DNA from: Balanoglossus misakiensis
Lineage: Eukaryota > Animalia > Hemichordata
DNA length: 64,000 nt
Assembly: GCA_040954595.2 (NCBI GenBank)
Contig: CM082591.2
Location: 3,891,957-3,955,956, forward strand
Direction of reading: 5' to 3'
The notes under the pieces: model-generated
The model's input: only the letters and a program-made list of their open reading frames with translations
What the model was told of the DNA's origin: nothing
Database searches by the model: none
Shown here: piece after piece, positions 12,009-24,300 of the stretch
Layout of the letters: each line of letters starts with the position of its first letter
Position numbering within the stretch: position 1 is the first letter of the stretch
Position numbers and translations under genes: made by a program

Positions 12009-14495
12009 GAAGGAACCGTCTGCTGTACCAACCCTGACATGGCACCATGTAGTAACAATTAGTGAACTTTAGCCCTACAACCCATAAAAGTGAACACTTA
12101 AATTTACTATTGGTGTGGACCATTGTAAAAGATCGGGTGTCAAGAACACCACACACTAAACACAATGGACAGTAGTTTTGCAACAGTAATGCTTTTAAGT
12201 TACCCATGAGACACAGAGCTGCATAATTTGCATATTACTTGCCATGTCATCATAATATTTTCTGCCTGTTAGTTGGTGATGGTGTCAAAGACAGCAGGCC
12301 CATCTCAACACCTTTGAGAGGCTCCAGTGTGGTTCCAGAACTTGCCAGTGTTAAGATCTTGGTAAAAAATTAGTTGTGGATTACCAAGTGCAGGGTCATA
12401 CGTCACATTCTATTTTCCAACAGTAGCAAACTGGACAGGACTTCTCTGAACAGCCATGCCCGTTCCTGGCACATGTATATTTGTACATAGTGTGACTTTT
12501 TATACTGTACACGACCTCTAAGAGGTGTTGAATAATAAATATAATTTCTAAATGCATGCGAGGTGTTTGTGTGTTGCTTTGTCAAGATGTGACTTGTCTT
12601 AAGAACGATTTAATAGAACTTTGTCATCAAACCAGGTTTACACACACATGCACCCAACCAATCAACCAAGTGAAAAAAACTGGATTTATTCATTGCAATG
12701 TGATTACTTTATTAATATCAAATGCATTTTTACATTGAAAATTCTTGCTCATGATATTTTTTAGAGTAGAGACTAGCTGTGTCTTGTTGTACCATCTAAA
12801 ATCTTCTGCTGACTCACCATGACTGATAAATGAAGTTAGTTTGAAGAGGTGTTATCCCCTACAAAATTTAAGTATGACCAAACGTTAATTTGACTTCCCC
12901 AATCAGTTAAACATGGCAGAAATCCACCATTTGAATTTCTGTTGACCGCGTGAGATTTTTATCACTCGCCTAAGTAGCAAAAACACCTAATGACCGCAGT
13001 GAGATTTGCAAATGGACATTTTCAAGTACTGAGGCAATCTCTTCAGGTGAGTAGTTGGCACACATTCCTTCTATTGACGTACATCAGTTGGTATGTACAC
13101 TGCAGTGGACTATGGCCGAACGTCCTTGTAACCTTCGCAGCAAATCTACATACGTCATCAATACAAAGTTGAACTGATCTCTTAGATAGCATAACAATAT
13201 ACGCGGCATAAGTAGGGCATGGATTTGGTTATGTAGGACTGACCGGCATGCCTGACATCTGGCAGATGCATTTCCTGCAAACTCCAAGATTGCAAAACAC
13301 AGCAACAGGTAAAGAAGTGAAGATATTATGTGGGCATCAATGCAATTCATTTCTTTCAGAGAGTTGGTGCAATTTCAATGGTCAATAAACTTTACATGCC
13401 ATGGCCTCTGACCTAGTTTTCGATCAGTGAATCAGCAAAATCTGGATTCTGAGTAAATAGAACTGACAGATACAATTCTTTACCACAAATACTACCAGTG
13501 CATAATTTATGTACATGTGCACTGTGTTATCAAGTAAATTCAGTGTCAAACATATAAATTTAGGTAATTCAACTTCAGTCCATTCTGACATGCACTGAAC
13601 TCCAAACTCACCTGCATCACAGAATGCGTATAAACGTTCTACAAACTGATTGCCATGATTTTAGTGACGTCTTCAATGATGTCATACTAACCAAAATACA
13701 GATGACAACAAAATCGCACCTTACCTTGCACTTGAGACACCACATTACCCGGCGCTCCAACAGCAGGTCCAATGTAGCAGTAGAGAGCCACACAAGTCCA
13801 TGCCATCAAACTGCATCTCACATCCATCACAGCTCCAACCATAGAGACAAACAGTCTACTGTTTGTAATATATAGGCCTTTAAGTTCATTAACTTTCGAA
13901 TTATTTCAGAGATCCCAGTCGCTACTTGGCTTGCAGATAGGGAAGGTACACCACTATCTCCAATTCCATCACATGGCTTAAAATGAAAGCACATGCCTTT
14001 CCTCATTTTTGAAAATTGCAGTAACAGACTTAACACTTTAAAAAACTAGAGTTCATATGCCAAACCAGAACTTGGGCATTTTGTCACCACCTAAAAATAG
14101 TACTGATGTTTTGTTGGACCAAACTCAACTACCTGACACTACATGATGTATCACCAATCGGTTGTCTTACATGTGCGCATACGTGCATTTTGAAATGTTC
14201 ATCGCCAGTGTACCTCTGCTAGGTCAGCAAACTTTGGCACCTCTGGCGACTATCTATAGGTTGTCATAACAACATCCAAAGCACATGAAAACAAACTGAA
14301 ACCAGTGTACATCTGGTGAGACGATGAGACTCCAACAAAAGTGTTCTATTATATGTTTAGTTCATTCCACAATACTTTGTTGCAAAGCAAGCTTCCTGTT
14401 TTACAAATAGGCTAGGACACTGTCTAATACACCAAACCATGACTGGATGACTATGTTTCTTTACCTTTAACATAAAAAAGATAGACTTTGTCCCT

Positions 14496-15238
14496 TTAAA
14501 GGGCATTTGCTGTAACTTTTGGTGATTATTTCACTATCTTTGTCTGTGCTACAACTTAATTTTTTTTGTTTTACTTGCCTATGCACATTGGAATGTCAAA
14601 TATCTTGCTTCTCAACACAGTATGTGTCTATATAAAGAGCAATTGATTGCAGACAATTGAATTTTCGTCAAGAGTAACATTCAATTAACAATAACATTGC
14701 TGGTTATGCGTATATGGGCTGTGGTGACAAGCTGGGACAAATTTCTTGATATGCAACATGAATAGACAGAAAACAATGTTTAACAATCTTTCCCCATCCT
14801 CTAGAAACTTAGTTATGTTCAGTATGCCATATTATAATACTTATCACCACAGAATATGTTTCTTCTTGACCAGAATTCCCTACTTTATGCAAGCAAAACT
14901 TGCAATATTCAATGACTGATCTACTGTTACAATATCAAACAATAAAATAACCTATTTAAAGTTACTATTTGTAACTGTTGGCTTTTAGTATGTAATTTTT
15001 GCGTATTAACTGTATTTTCTTGTTCCTTCAATCAGCTCGTCAACACATATATGTGAATGGACTATTGTGAATGGAACTGCTCAGAAATGCATTCAAAACA
15101 GGAATTAAATATAAATTGTATATTATGTTTATGAATTATAAATACCAAGCTGAAGGAAACCAAACAAGAAAGCACAGGTAATACACAGAACAAAAATACT
15201 AAAAAAATTGTCAAAAGTTACAGACAGCGGAGCTTTAA
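14496..15238. mobile_element. Non-autonomous DNA transposon, Kolobok-like (TTAA flanks)
   Basis: TTAAAGGGCATTTGCTGTAACTTTT ... AAAAGTTACAGACAGCGGAGCTTTAA with degenerate subterminal inverted similarity. A related end lies at about 59283-59360. Confidence 0.5.
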
Positions 15239-18200
15239 AGTAACATTATGCCAAAAAACGTCAATCATTCCATTAAAAAATTTCAATGATTTAGCCGTGT
15301 AAACAGAGTAGAATGAGACAAACAAAAAAACATCTCTGTATAGTATAAATATGCAAGTAAACACGATGATAGCCAAGCATTATTTTGTTCTAAATAGGGA
15401 ACTTTAATTCAACATTGATAGTCAGCTATAAAAATCACACTTAAAAGCAAGAAATGAGAGAATTCAAATCCATGACCAATAGATGATAAAACAATTTCCG
15501 CACGAGTTGATAACTGTAATCTTTCCAAAATGACGTCGCCCAATTGAACTTTTTTTGGCAACACGATTACACCACGGTCAAATAGCGTATGCGATAACAT
15601 GAAAACTCACAAATGTCTCTATGCTAACATTTACTCTAACATCTAAAGTGTACTTTTTTGAAGGAAGTAAAAATTCAAACCTGGACAATAGACCCATTAC
15701 AGCATCTTCGGGTATTCTACGAAAAACAGTGCAGACATGGTTATATTTTCCCCACGGGCTTGAGTATACATTGTTAACCTGCAAATTTCAATCTTCATAG
15801 TCCTGCGCATTCCCACGTTTAGTCTTTCAACAAGTCCATTTCTGTAACTTCTCTTTTCCAAATGTCCTTTTCTTCGGCAATTTCTTTCGTCGATTCCTCG
15901 AATATGTCAAATTCTTTAACTCCGAAGTGCTTTTCCCAGCCTCTGTTCTTTTCCGAAGTTGTAACATCCAGTGTAAATTCCTTTCCTCTTTTCCAGTAGA
16001 GTTCCTCTTCAACTTTTTCACTGATCATGAGTGGGTCATCTGCCTCCATCTTGTATGTTGTTCGTCTTTCTCAACGCCTCAGTAGCAGTTACATTAAAGT
16101 CTACATTTGTTTACATTACACTGGTACAGTTACTATGGCGACTGATGTCAACACTAGGTACACTATTGGATTCACAAAGTTACAGTTGTGTTGCAGTAAG
16201 GGAATGTTTATACTTGATAAATGCTTCAACTCTGACCTTTGACCCTACACCTAGGAAGAAAGAGGGAAAGATTGTCAATATAATAACGCATGAGCAAAAC
16301 CAAACTTGGTTCTGTCAAGTCCCTGTTTATAAGAAAAAAAAATAACAGTACTGAAATTTCTTATATGATCGATAATATTATATGCACAATGAAAATAACA
16401 TAGTTGTGTGGTGTATTGTTAAAACATAACACTTATGTAATCATGTGTAACATTGATTTGTGTACAAATGTTGCTGCTGACTTAAAAACTTCATTAACAC
16501 CAGCCACCGTTACCTGAGTAACAACATCATCAACTGTACACAGAAATTGAGAATCTACCAAGTTAGAAGAAATAATACCATTAACAGGACTAGTGAACAT
16601 ATATAATTCTTCAGTCAAACCGAGTGTTGAAGATCTCAAATGAGGAAAAATATCATGTCTATTTTTTAATGAAATACACACACCATAGTCAAGTGTACGG
16701 GTGAGCACAAAGCTCCCCCAGAGAGACAAGTATGAACTTTAACATCACACATTTGTACACACACACCCTGGACATGCAAGATTAGCAAGACAGACGATGA
16801 TAATTGTAAACTTGTCTACACCCAAATGGAAATGAAAAACTCTCGATTTAGCGGGTTTTTACAATTGAAACATAATTGTTTAACTCCAAATTGATTTAGA
16901 CAGGTTCTACAAAAGAACAAGTAATATCAACCCTCGGCCGTTATGATTTATAACATGTCCATAAAAAACTATTTATTTGATTATTTCAACACAATTTTAT
17001 AGTCAATAGTCAACATCTTATTTTCTACACACTTGGTTTTGAGATCTGACACACAAGAGATGCTGTAAAAATGTTAAAACCGTGTTTTCAAACAATATTC
17101 CTAGCTCAGCTAGAACACAAACACAAAAGATGTTATCTTTTAACCTCAGATGCAGAAGACTATGTTTCTAAAACTGAAAATACAATGTAAGATATTAACA
17201 TTTGTTACAGAACATTTTCTTATGTTGACATATTGATAAGATTTGTATATATGCAACTTTGGGATCTGAAATACTTCTGTGATTACTTCCTAACTAGTTT
17301 GATCACTGTAACAGATTCCAAGCGAAACTGATATTGTTAACTTTAGGGGAAAGTATTACCAACAATATTTCACAAAATAAACTTATTTTTTGTTGCACTT
17401 TCTTTTCTATTTAGCACCATTTGCAATCAAAACACAACTACACTTCCTCAAACAGTAGAAAAAAGACCTGAAAATTTGTTGTAGTATCAAAAATAAATAC
17501 TGGAGTATAAAAATAAATTAATAATTTGTTGTTTAAGTATCAAAAAACATGTATCAAAACTCTAGCAGGAATTTGCTTTGAAAAGACATCTTTCACACTA
17601 AGAAAACAATGGAACGAAAATCAAAACTATGCATACGTGTAACCAGTGCGACTTTTTCTTTAGTTATGCAAATATTACTTGGCATTGCGTATCGTTACAT
17701 TTGTACATACATATTCATTTTTTACAAAAAACTTGTTCCGACATTACATAACTTGCTAAAATGGCAGTGTTGCTGAAATCATGTCAGAGATTTAGATTGT
17801 CAGGAGTACCTTCAAGTTATTTCAATATCACATGCAAAGAACAAGTACATATACAAGTTGCCATGGCAAGCAGAAGAGACAACTGCTTGAGAACATAATC
17901 ACCACCAGAAGGCCGCACAGTGCTTTGAATTATGATATACATGTAGTTTCACAGTATGTACAGCACATGCAAGGAGACCACTGTCAAACCCACTTTGAAA
18001 CAATAATGAAGAAAATCTTTCAAGACAGGTCTCGCACATTACTTTTCACCCATAAACCACAAATTCTACGGCAGATTTTGTGACCCCTCCTCATTTACCC
18101 CATTACAACCTCGCTTTTACTCGGAACACACAACAAATCTAGTTTGAAAAATTGCACTGTTAAAAATGTTCAAAGGTAAAAAAATAAAAATAATAAAAAT

Positions 18201-20537
18201 AAACAGGAATTTGGGCAGCTGCACTGAACATAAATTGAAATGATTGAGTGTAAGTGTATCACAAAATATTGCACTGTACCGATGTAGTCTGTTTCTGAGG
18301 AATTTACAAGCTAAAACACAATTAAAAATCTTTAACCAATGAAACTACACTATATATTGCACAGTATTAACATAATTATCAAAGGTTCAACTCCCACATT
18401 GTTTTTATAACATAACATAACAATACGGACGGACAGAACATACAGTTTATGCAAATGAGGTCAAAGGTGCTGAATACTAAGATACATTCACTATTACTCA
18501 ATTGCAGCCAATATAACGTAATGTTTTTGCTAAATTGTAAGTTTGCACATAAGTGTTTTTGAGTTTAACCATGCCAGATTTGATTGGCAATGACTTGACC
18601 TCATTTGCATAATCCCTATCATTGGTTAAGTAAGAATGTTACACATCTGGTGACATCTGCATGTACAGCCTGGAACACAGCTGCTACACCTATTGACAGA
18701 GAGGATAAAATCCACAAAACCAGACATGTATTGTGGAGTAAGCAGTTATTTTTTTTGACATACACTATGGTACTCTGTACAGAAAAAGCATTACTTTTCA
18801 CCGACATTCAATTTTGTCATTTGACAAGAACTCATTTCAATTTGCATTCTTGGTTTTGCTAGCAAACATTAACTGGCATTTCATGTTCAAACTAATAAAA
18901 CTAATGAAATTGAAAACTGTGATATGTAATGCTTTTGCAGTACAACGATGCCTATCTATACTAAATATTGGTGTTATTGCAGACTTTCTTTATATGTCTT
19001 GCAGAGACATAAATATTACACGGATATATATATGAGTTCATTATTTGAATTCTCCTTAAGGTTGAGACTATGTACTGTGATTTGTGATCACGGGAACCAT
19101 GTCCCACGTACAAAAATACATGTCAAAACAGATATGGTTGACATAAAAGTGATCTGTGAATTATCACACTTTTGGAACACACCAATATAACCCAACATGT
19201 TACCATAACTGGCTTTTTGCAGTACATGTACCAGAACCATAACTAGTTTATCTTGTTTCTTACACTATTGTATGAATTATACGGACAGTAAATTACTCTG
19301 CCAATTTGCAATCTCAAGACTGTTAGAACTGTAATTATCAAAGTGCTTGTCTATTTTTACAGGTAACATAGTGCCACTAGTTGTAGAATGAAAACCGATA
19401 GGCTTGATGTTTAGACCAAACAGTCTCAGTACAATAGACAGAATTAGAGAGCAGTTTACTGTCATCAGGTCCATGTAAAGGGAAAAGGATGGTATCTTTT
19501 GAAAGAACTGTACCCTGTTCGCAGAACATACAGAATCAGTGCTTGCGTTTCCAACAAGCACAAGTAAATAGTGTTCTGGGTATGTACCATGTATTTTCTC
19601 CACAAGAGTTGACCTCACATCTAACGATACCATCTTTTCTCTTTAACGATACACACATACACAGAAAATAGTGAAGTCTCTAACAGACATAACGGTGGTG
19701 TTGCTTGTTGTCTTCAGTTGTGACAAACAAAGGACTTTGAAGTAAATGTGTGACAACTGCCAATTTTCTGTCAGTAGTCGAGCTGGCTTCTCAGTTTCAT
19801 TAATGTTTGTGGTTACATTTCGTTCGAGTAAGAAATCACTGAAGGCATCCACAGGTTTTGAGCGTAGTTTGTCATCAAAGCCTTCTCACTCTTCTAAAAT
19901 CATAATTTTGGTTCATTCCAAGTGTTTTAAAGTACAGTTGGACCATCTAGTTCAGGGAAATGGGTATAAAAGGATTGAACTGCAGTGGACCTTGCCCTAG
20001 GTTTCAACTGATTTCCATGCGTACACCGTTAGAAAATTGGCAGTTTTTTTAAGTTCTTAGACCAATCAGTTAATTGGCTGTTGAATGGTACATGTCTGCA
20101 TTTGTGTGCACCCCAACAGGTTTAACATTTTATAGTTAATAGCGAAACTTTACAAGAAAACTTAACTACAGTGGGTGCACAGCATTGCAACCATTTTCGA
20201 TACACCATGCGACAATATATTACAAGGCAAAGGCAAGTTATACACATATACAATGCTCCATTAGTGAGGGAATATCCTCGTATACAATACAGACAGTCCC
20301 CAGAACAATGTAAATGGGGGTGGGAGAATAAAAAAATATAGGAATGAAAAAAAATCTGGGTTCTTCTCTGGGCGTTCACAGGCAGCTGTTTTAAGGAGAG
20401 AAAGTCTGTAGCTTTTGTGAGAACACCAGCAGGCAGTGCTGTATTGGTTGGAGCTACCTTGTCCAGCTGCTGGGAGAAAAGGACAATACAAGAAGTATGT
20501 TACTCAAGGGTAACATGAGATGTGTGCTACTTGTGCG

Positions 20538-20731
20538 TTAAAGGTATACGGTCACCTATGCAAATATAGCTATAGTTGCCATGGCAAATTGAGATCTAGC
20601 CAATCACAGATTTTCAGTGGGTGGCACACGCGAAAAAAAAGAGCGCCACCATATGTTCTTTAGAACGTTCAAATACGCCATTTCTGCTATATATGCGCAT
20701 ATGTAAATTGAAGGTGACCGTATACCTTTAA
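20538..20731. mobile_element. MITE with perfect TIRs and TTAA flanks (Kolobok-like)
   Basis: TTAAAGGTATACGGTCACCT ... AGGTGACCGTATACCTTTAA. Related internal sequence at about 39885-40045 and 45051-45210; a TIR fragment at about 4350-4368. Confidence 0.8.
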
Positions 20732-21318
20732 AGGGCCACAGTCGCCTTCTGCGCATGTATGTGCCAAACCAGAGACTCTGGGTACAAAAAACGTATGCAG
20801 TCAATGCCATAGGGCAATGTGCTGTTGTAACAACTGACAAGATGGCGGCGACCAGTCTGTGTCGGAGATCAGGAAAAAAACAGCAAATTGGGTTAACAAG
20901 AGTTCGATGCTTGACTACACATAAGAACATTCAATCCCCTCCACCGACTATCTGGGCATCACACTTGACATGTTAGAATATACCCCTCACCATGAGATGA
21001 AATCCTCGTCTTGACACAACACACCCCACATAAACATCATCACCCACCTCATGTCAAGCATTTCATGAGATTGTGTTGGTATTAGGATGGCTTCCCCCTG
21101 GACGTTTAGCACCCAACAGTTACAGTTCACGTTAGGGATAGGGCTACACCAGGTGTATATTTGGTTAACATCCAGGAGGAAACTGACCTAGAACCTGTGT
21201 TATTTGTAGTTGACACACTTGTAAAACACTTTTTAACATCACAGCGTTTATACAAAACACACACACATGTCCAAACGAGAACACACGTCCATACCAGACG
21301 CAACTCACCAAAACAAAT

Positions 21319-24300
21319 CTAGCGACGATAACGCTCACGTTCCCTATCCCTATCCCTGTCACGATCTCTTTCCCGGTCCCTGTCTCGGTAGTCCCTTTCT
21401 CGGCTCCTGTCTCGGAATTCCCTGTCGCGGCTGCGCGAACGCTCCCGTCTCTCTTTGTGCCGACTCTTGTCGCGAGACGACCTGTGGCTCCGTTCCTCTC
21501 TCTCATGTGATGTTCCTCGTTCTTTACGTCTAAAATCACAAATTAATTTACTTCAGTAATTCCATTTATACAGCAGATGGACTTGGTAGTCTCCTGATAA
21601 TTATTTTCCAAAACTTTCCCATTTTGCCTTTTCTTGAATTATGCATGCAAGACATATCTTGACAATAACTCGGAAACATTATCGTATCATTTCGCTGCTG
21701 GTATACCACACACCAAAGTCTCAATATATTTACACACTGCTAAGAACGTTGTGGATTCGAAGCCAAGAATGGCGAAATTACTTGAGCTATCCTCTTACCT
21801 TGATGCAGAACCATACGACTTGGATTCAATTCCATGAAGGCAGTCTTGTAACGAGCTGATTAAAACTTTACACCTGTCGTCCGACGCCACCTTGGACTGC
21901 TTGATAAGCGAGATGGCAGTAACTAGCGTCTCTATAGCACTTGCATATTCAGCTGTGACAAACCAAAAGAAAGTGTGAATATGGCCACGAAGGGTGCTCC
22001 CCACAGTCATGCTGTTATACACATAAACATTTGTTTTTCTAACAATCCCCCGGGAATGTTTAACCCCGTCACCCCCACTTCCCACTTTAGAGATCCAACC
22101 TTACCATAGATAACAAAGGACTTGGACTGAACCATGATGGTGAAAGGGGACGTTGTACTCACCGTTACTCGCATCTTGAACGGCCCTGGATATAGCGCTA
22201 CTGGAGACCGTCCTGTTGCGATTCATGATCTCTTCAAACTCGGCCTCCGACAGTTGAGGGGATGAAGAGGCCAACTCATGCCTACAGTGGAATGGAAAAA
22301 TACCAGACACATTGATTGCAGTGTGTTTGACAAGCTTGTTTATGGAAAGTTGGAAAGAAGGATGCTTATACTAAGGTCCAATATAGTACAGGTGTACCTT
22401 TCTGGTGGCGGTCTGTAGGGCTCTGATTCATAACGAGGGGCGTGGCTGTAGTGATCTCCGGGCTGCTGTGGAGGCTGTATATAAGAAAACAATCACATGT
22501 GAATGGTTGGAGATTCGGTGTTCACCGTGTGTCACAGGTATTTCATGTCAGTCCTGCAATCATGAGTAAAACAACTTGCTACACACATGTATAAATGTGG
22601 ACCAGAAAATAAGCTATCTTATATCTTCAGACATACGATTGCAGTATGAGTTCACAAGTCAGAGTGCTTTCGCATGATTTCAAAGGAATTATGGCACTTT
22701 CCAGAATGAATATCAAGTCTTATTTTAAGAGCCTTCCATGAAACAGAAGGAGATGTAGGATTTTCCACATTTGCCTGATAGGTCATGACATCTTGAGTAA
22801 AAACTTAAGACTTGGTTGAAACATACCGGTCTTTCTGGGGGTGGTCCTTGTGGAGGAAAGAATGCCGGGTTGACATGCGGAGCTGGTGGGCCACTATGTC
22901 CCGGCGGCGGTGGATGCCCACCCGACGGAGGGGGTCCGTGATGGGGTGGTGGTCCTTGGTGATGTGGAGGCGGTGGTCCATGCACCCCTGGTGGGGGCGG
23001 ACCTCTGTTTGGTGGTCCACCCATGGGACCGCCGTGTGGGGGGCCTCCATGTGGGGGACCTCCGTGAGGGGGTCCGCCGTGCGGTGGGCCTCCGTGAGGG
23101 GGACCTCCGTGTGGGGGTGGACCAGGGGGTCCTCCTGGTGGTGGTCCGTAGCCTCCTGTGATTTTAGAGCACAGATGAAAGCACTACAAATGAGACTGTG
23201 TTCATGACCTACGTTTCCGAAACACAAAGATGTAACAGTGACTTATGTAACTACTAGTACTGTAAAACACTTTATTTTCGCAAGGAATTAATTTTCGCCA
23301 AATACGCGAGAGCCGAAATAGCGTGAAAATAAGAAGTCGCGTAAATTGTTTTTCAAGATAACGATGCAGTGAATGAAATAACAGAACGCGAAAATTAATA
23401 CTCGCAAAGCAGTGGCCTCTATCGATATCGCGAAATTTTTGACTCGCGAAAATAAAGTGTTTTACAGTATGTTCCATATATAGTTGTCTGCTCACCTGGG
23501 GGTCTATCCCAATCTGGCCCCCTGGGTGGGGGAGGTCCTCTCATGTCTGGTCCACCAGGTCCTGGGGCTGGTCCCCTGGGTCCCCCTGGTGGTGGCCTTG
23601 GTCCTCCTGGAGGCTGCAGGAAAGAAATACAATATCCTTGAAGTGGAGTTGCATTTGAGATGGACAGTCTGGCCTAAGTATGGACATTCAGGCCAAACTA
23701 GAATAAGTTTGCTCAGAATTGGCTGTTTTCAGACAGTGGTAGTCCGACAGCAATAGAAAAATAGGGGATTGGTGTAAGGGTAGGCCTTCTGAATTCAACT
23801 TGGATGTTTGTACCGATTTTTATACCCACTTACCGGTGGTCCATGGTGATGAGGTGGTGGAGGGCCCCTGTCACCCGGGGGTGGCATTCCCTGCATTCCG
23901 GGAGGTGGAGGGGGTCCACCGTGGCCTGGGGCATATCCTGGTGGGGGTCCAGGTCTTGGGCCCCCCTGGGGAGGCCCCGGTGGTCCAGGTGGGCCTTGAG
24001 GGGGTCCGCGAGGAGGGTGGGGTCCACCTAGAAGTGAAACAGTAAGGTGTAAATGGCTGTAATGACTGCATAGGAAAAATTTGGAATAAATAAATAGGAA
24101 GAGTTGTACCATAATGAAACTCATTTCGATATACCGTGAGAGTTTCTTATTATGGCAGCAATGAATTGCTATCCAAGTAATACAAGTCACGGTTTGTATG
24201 AAACTAGAACAGTTAAACAAAAATTATAGCAGTAGTGCCAATGAATGCATAGGTGTTTTGCAGTTTGTAATGAATCAGAATGTGATATATCTTAGCCCTA

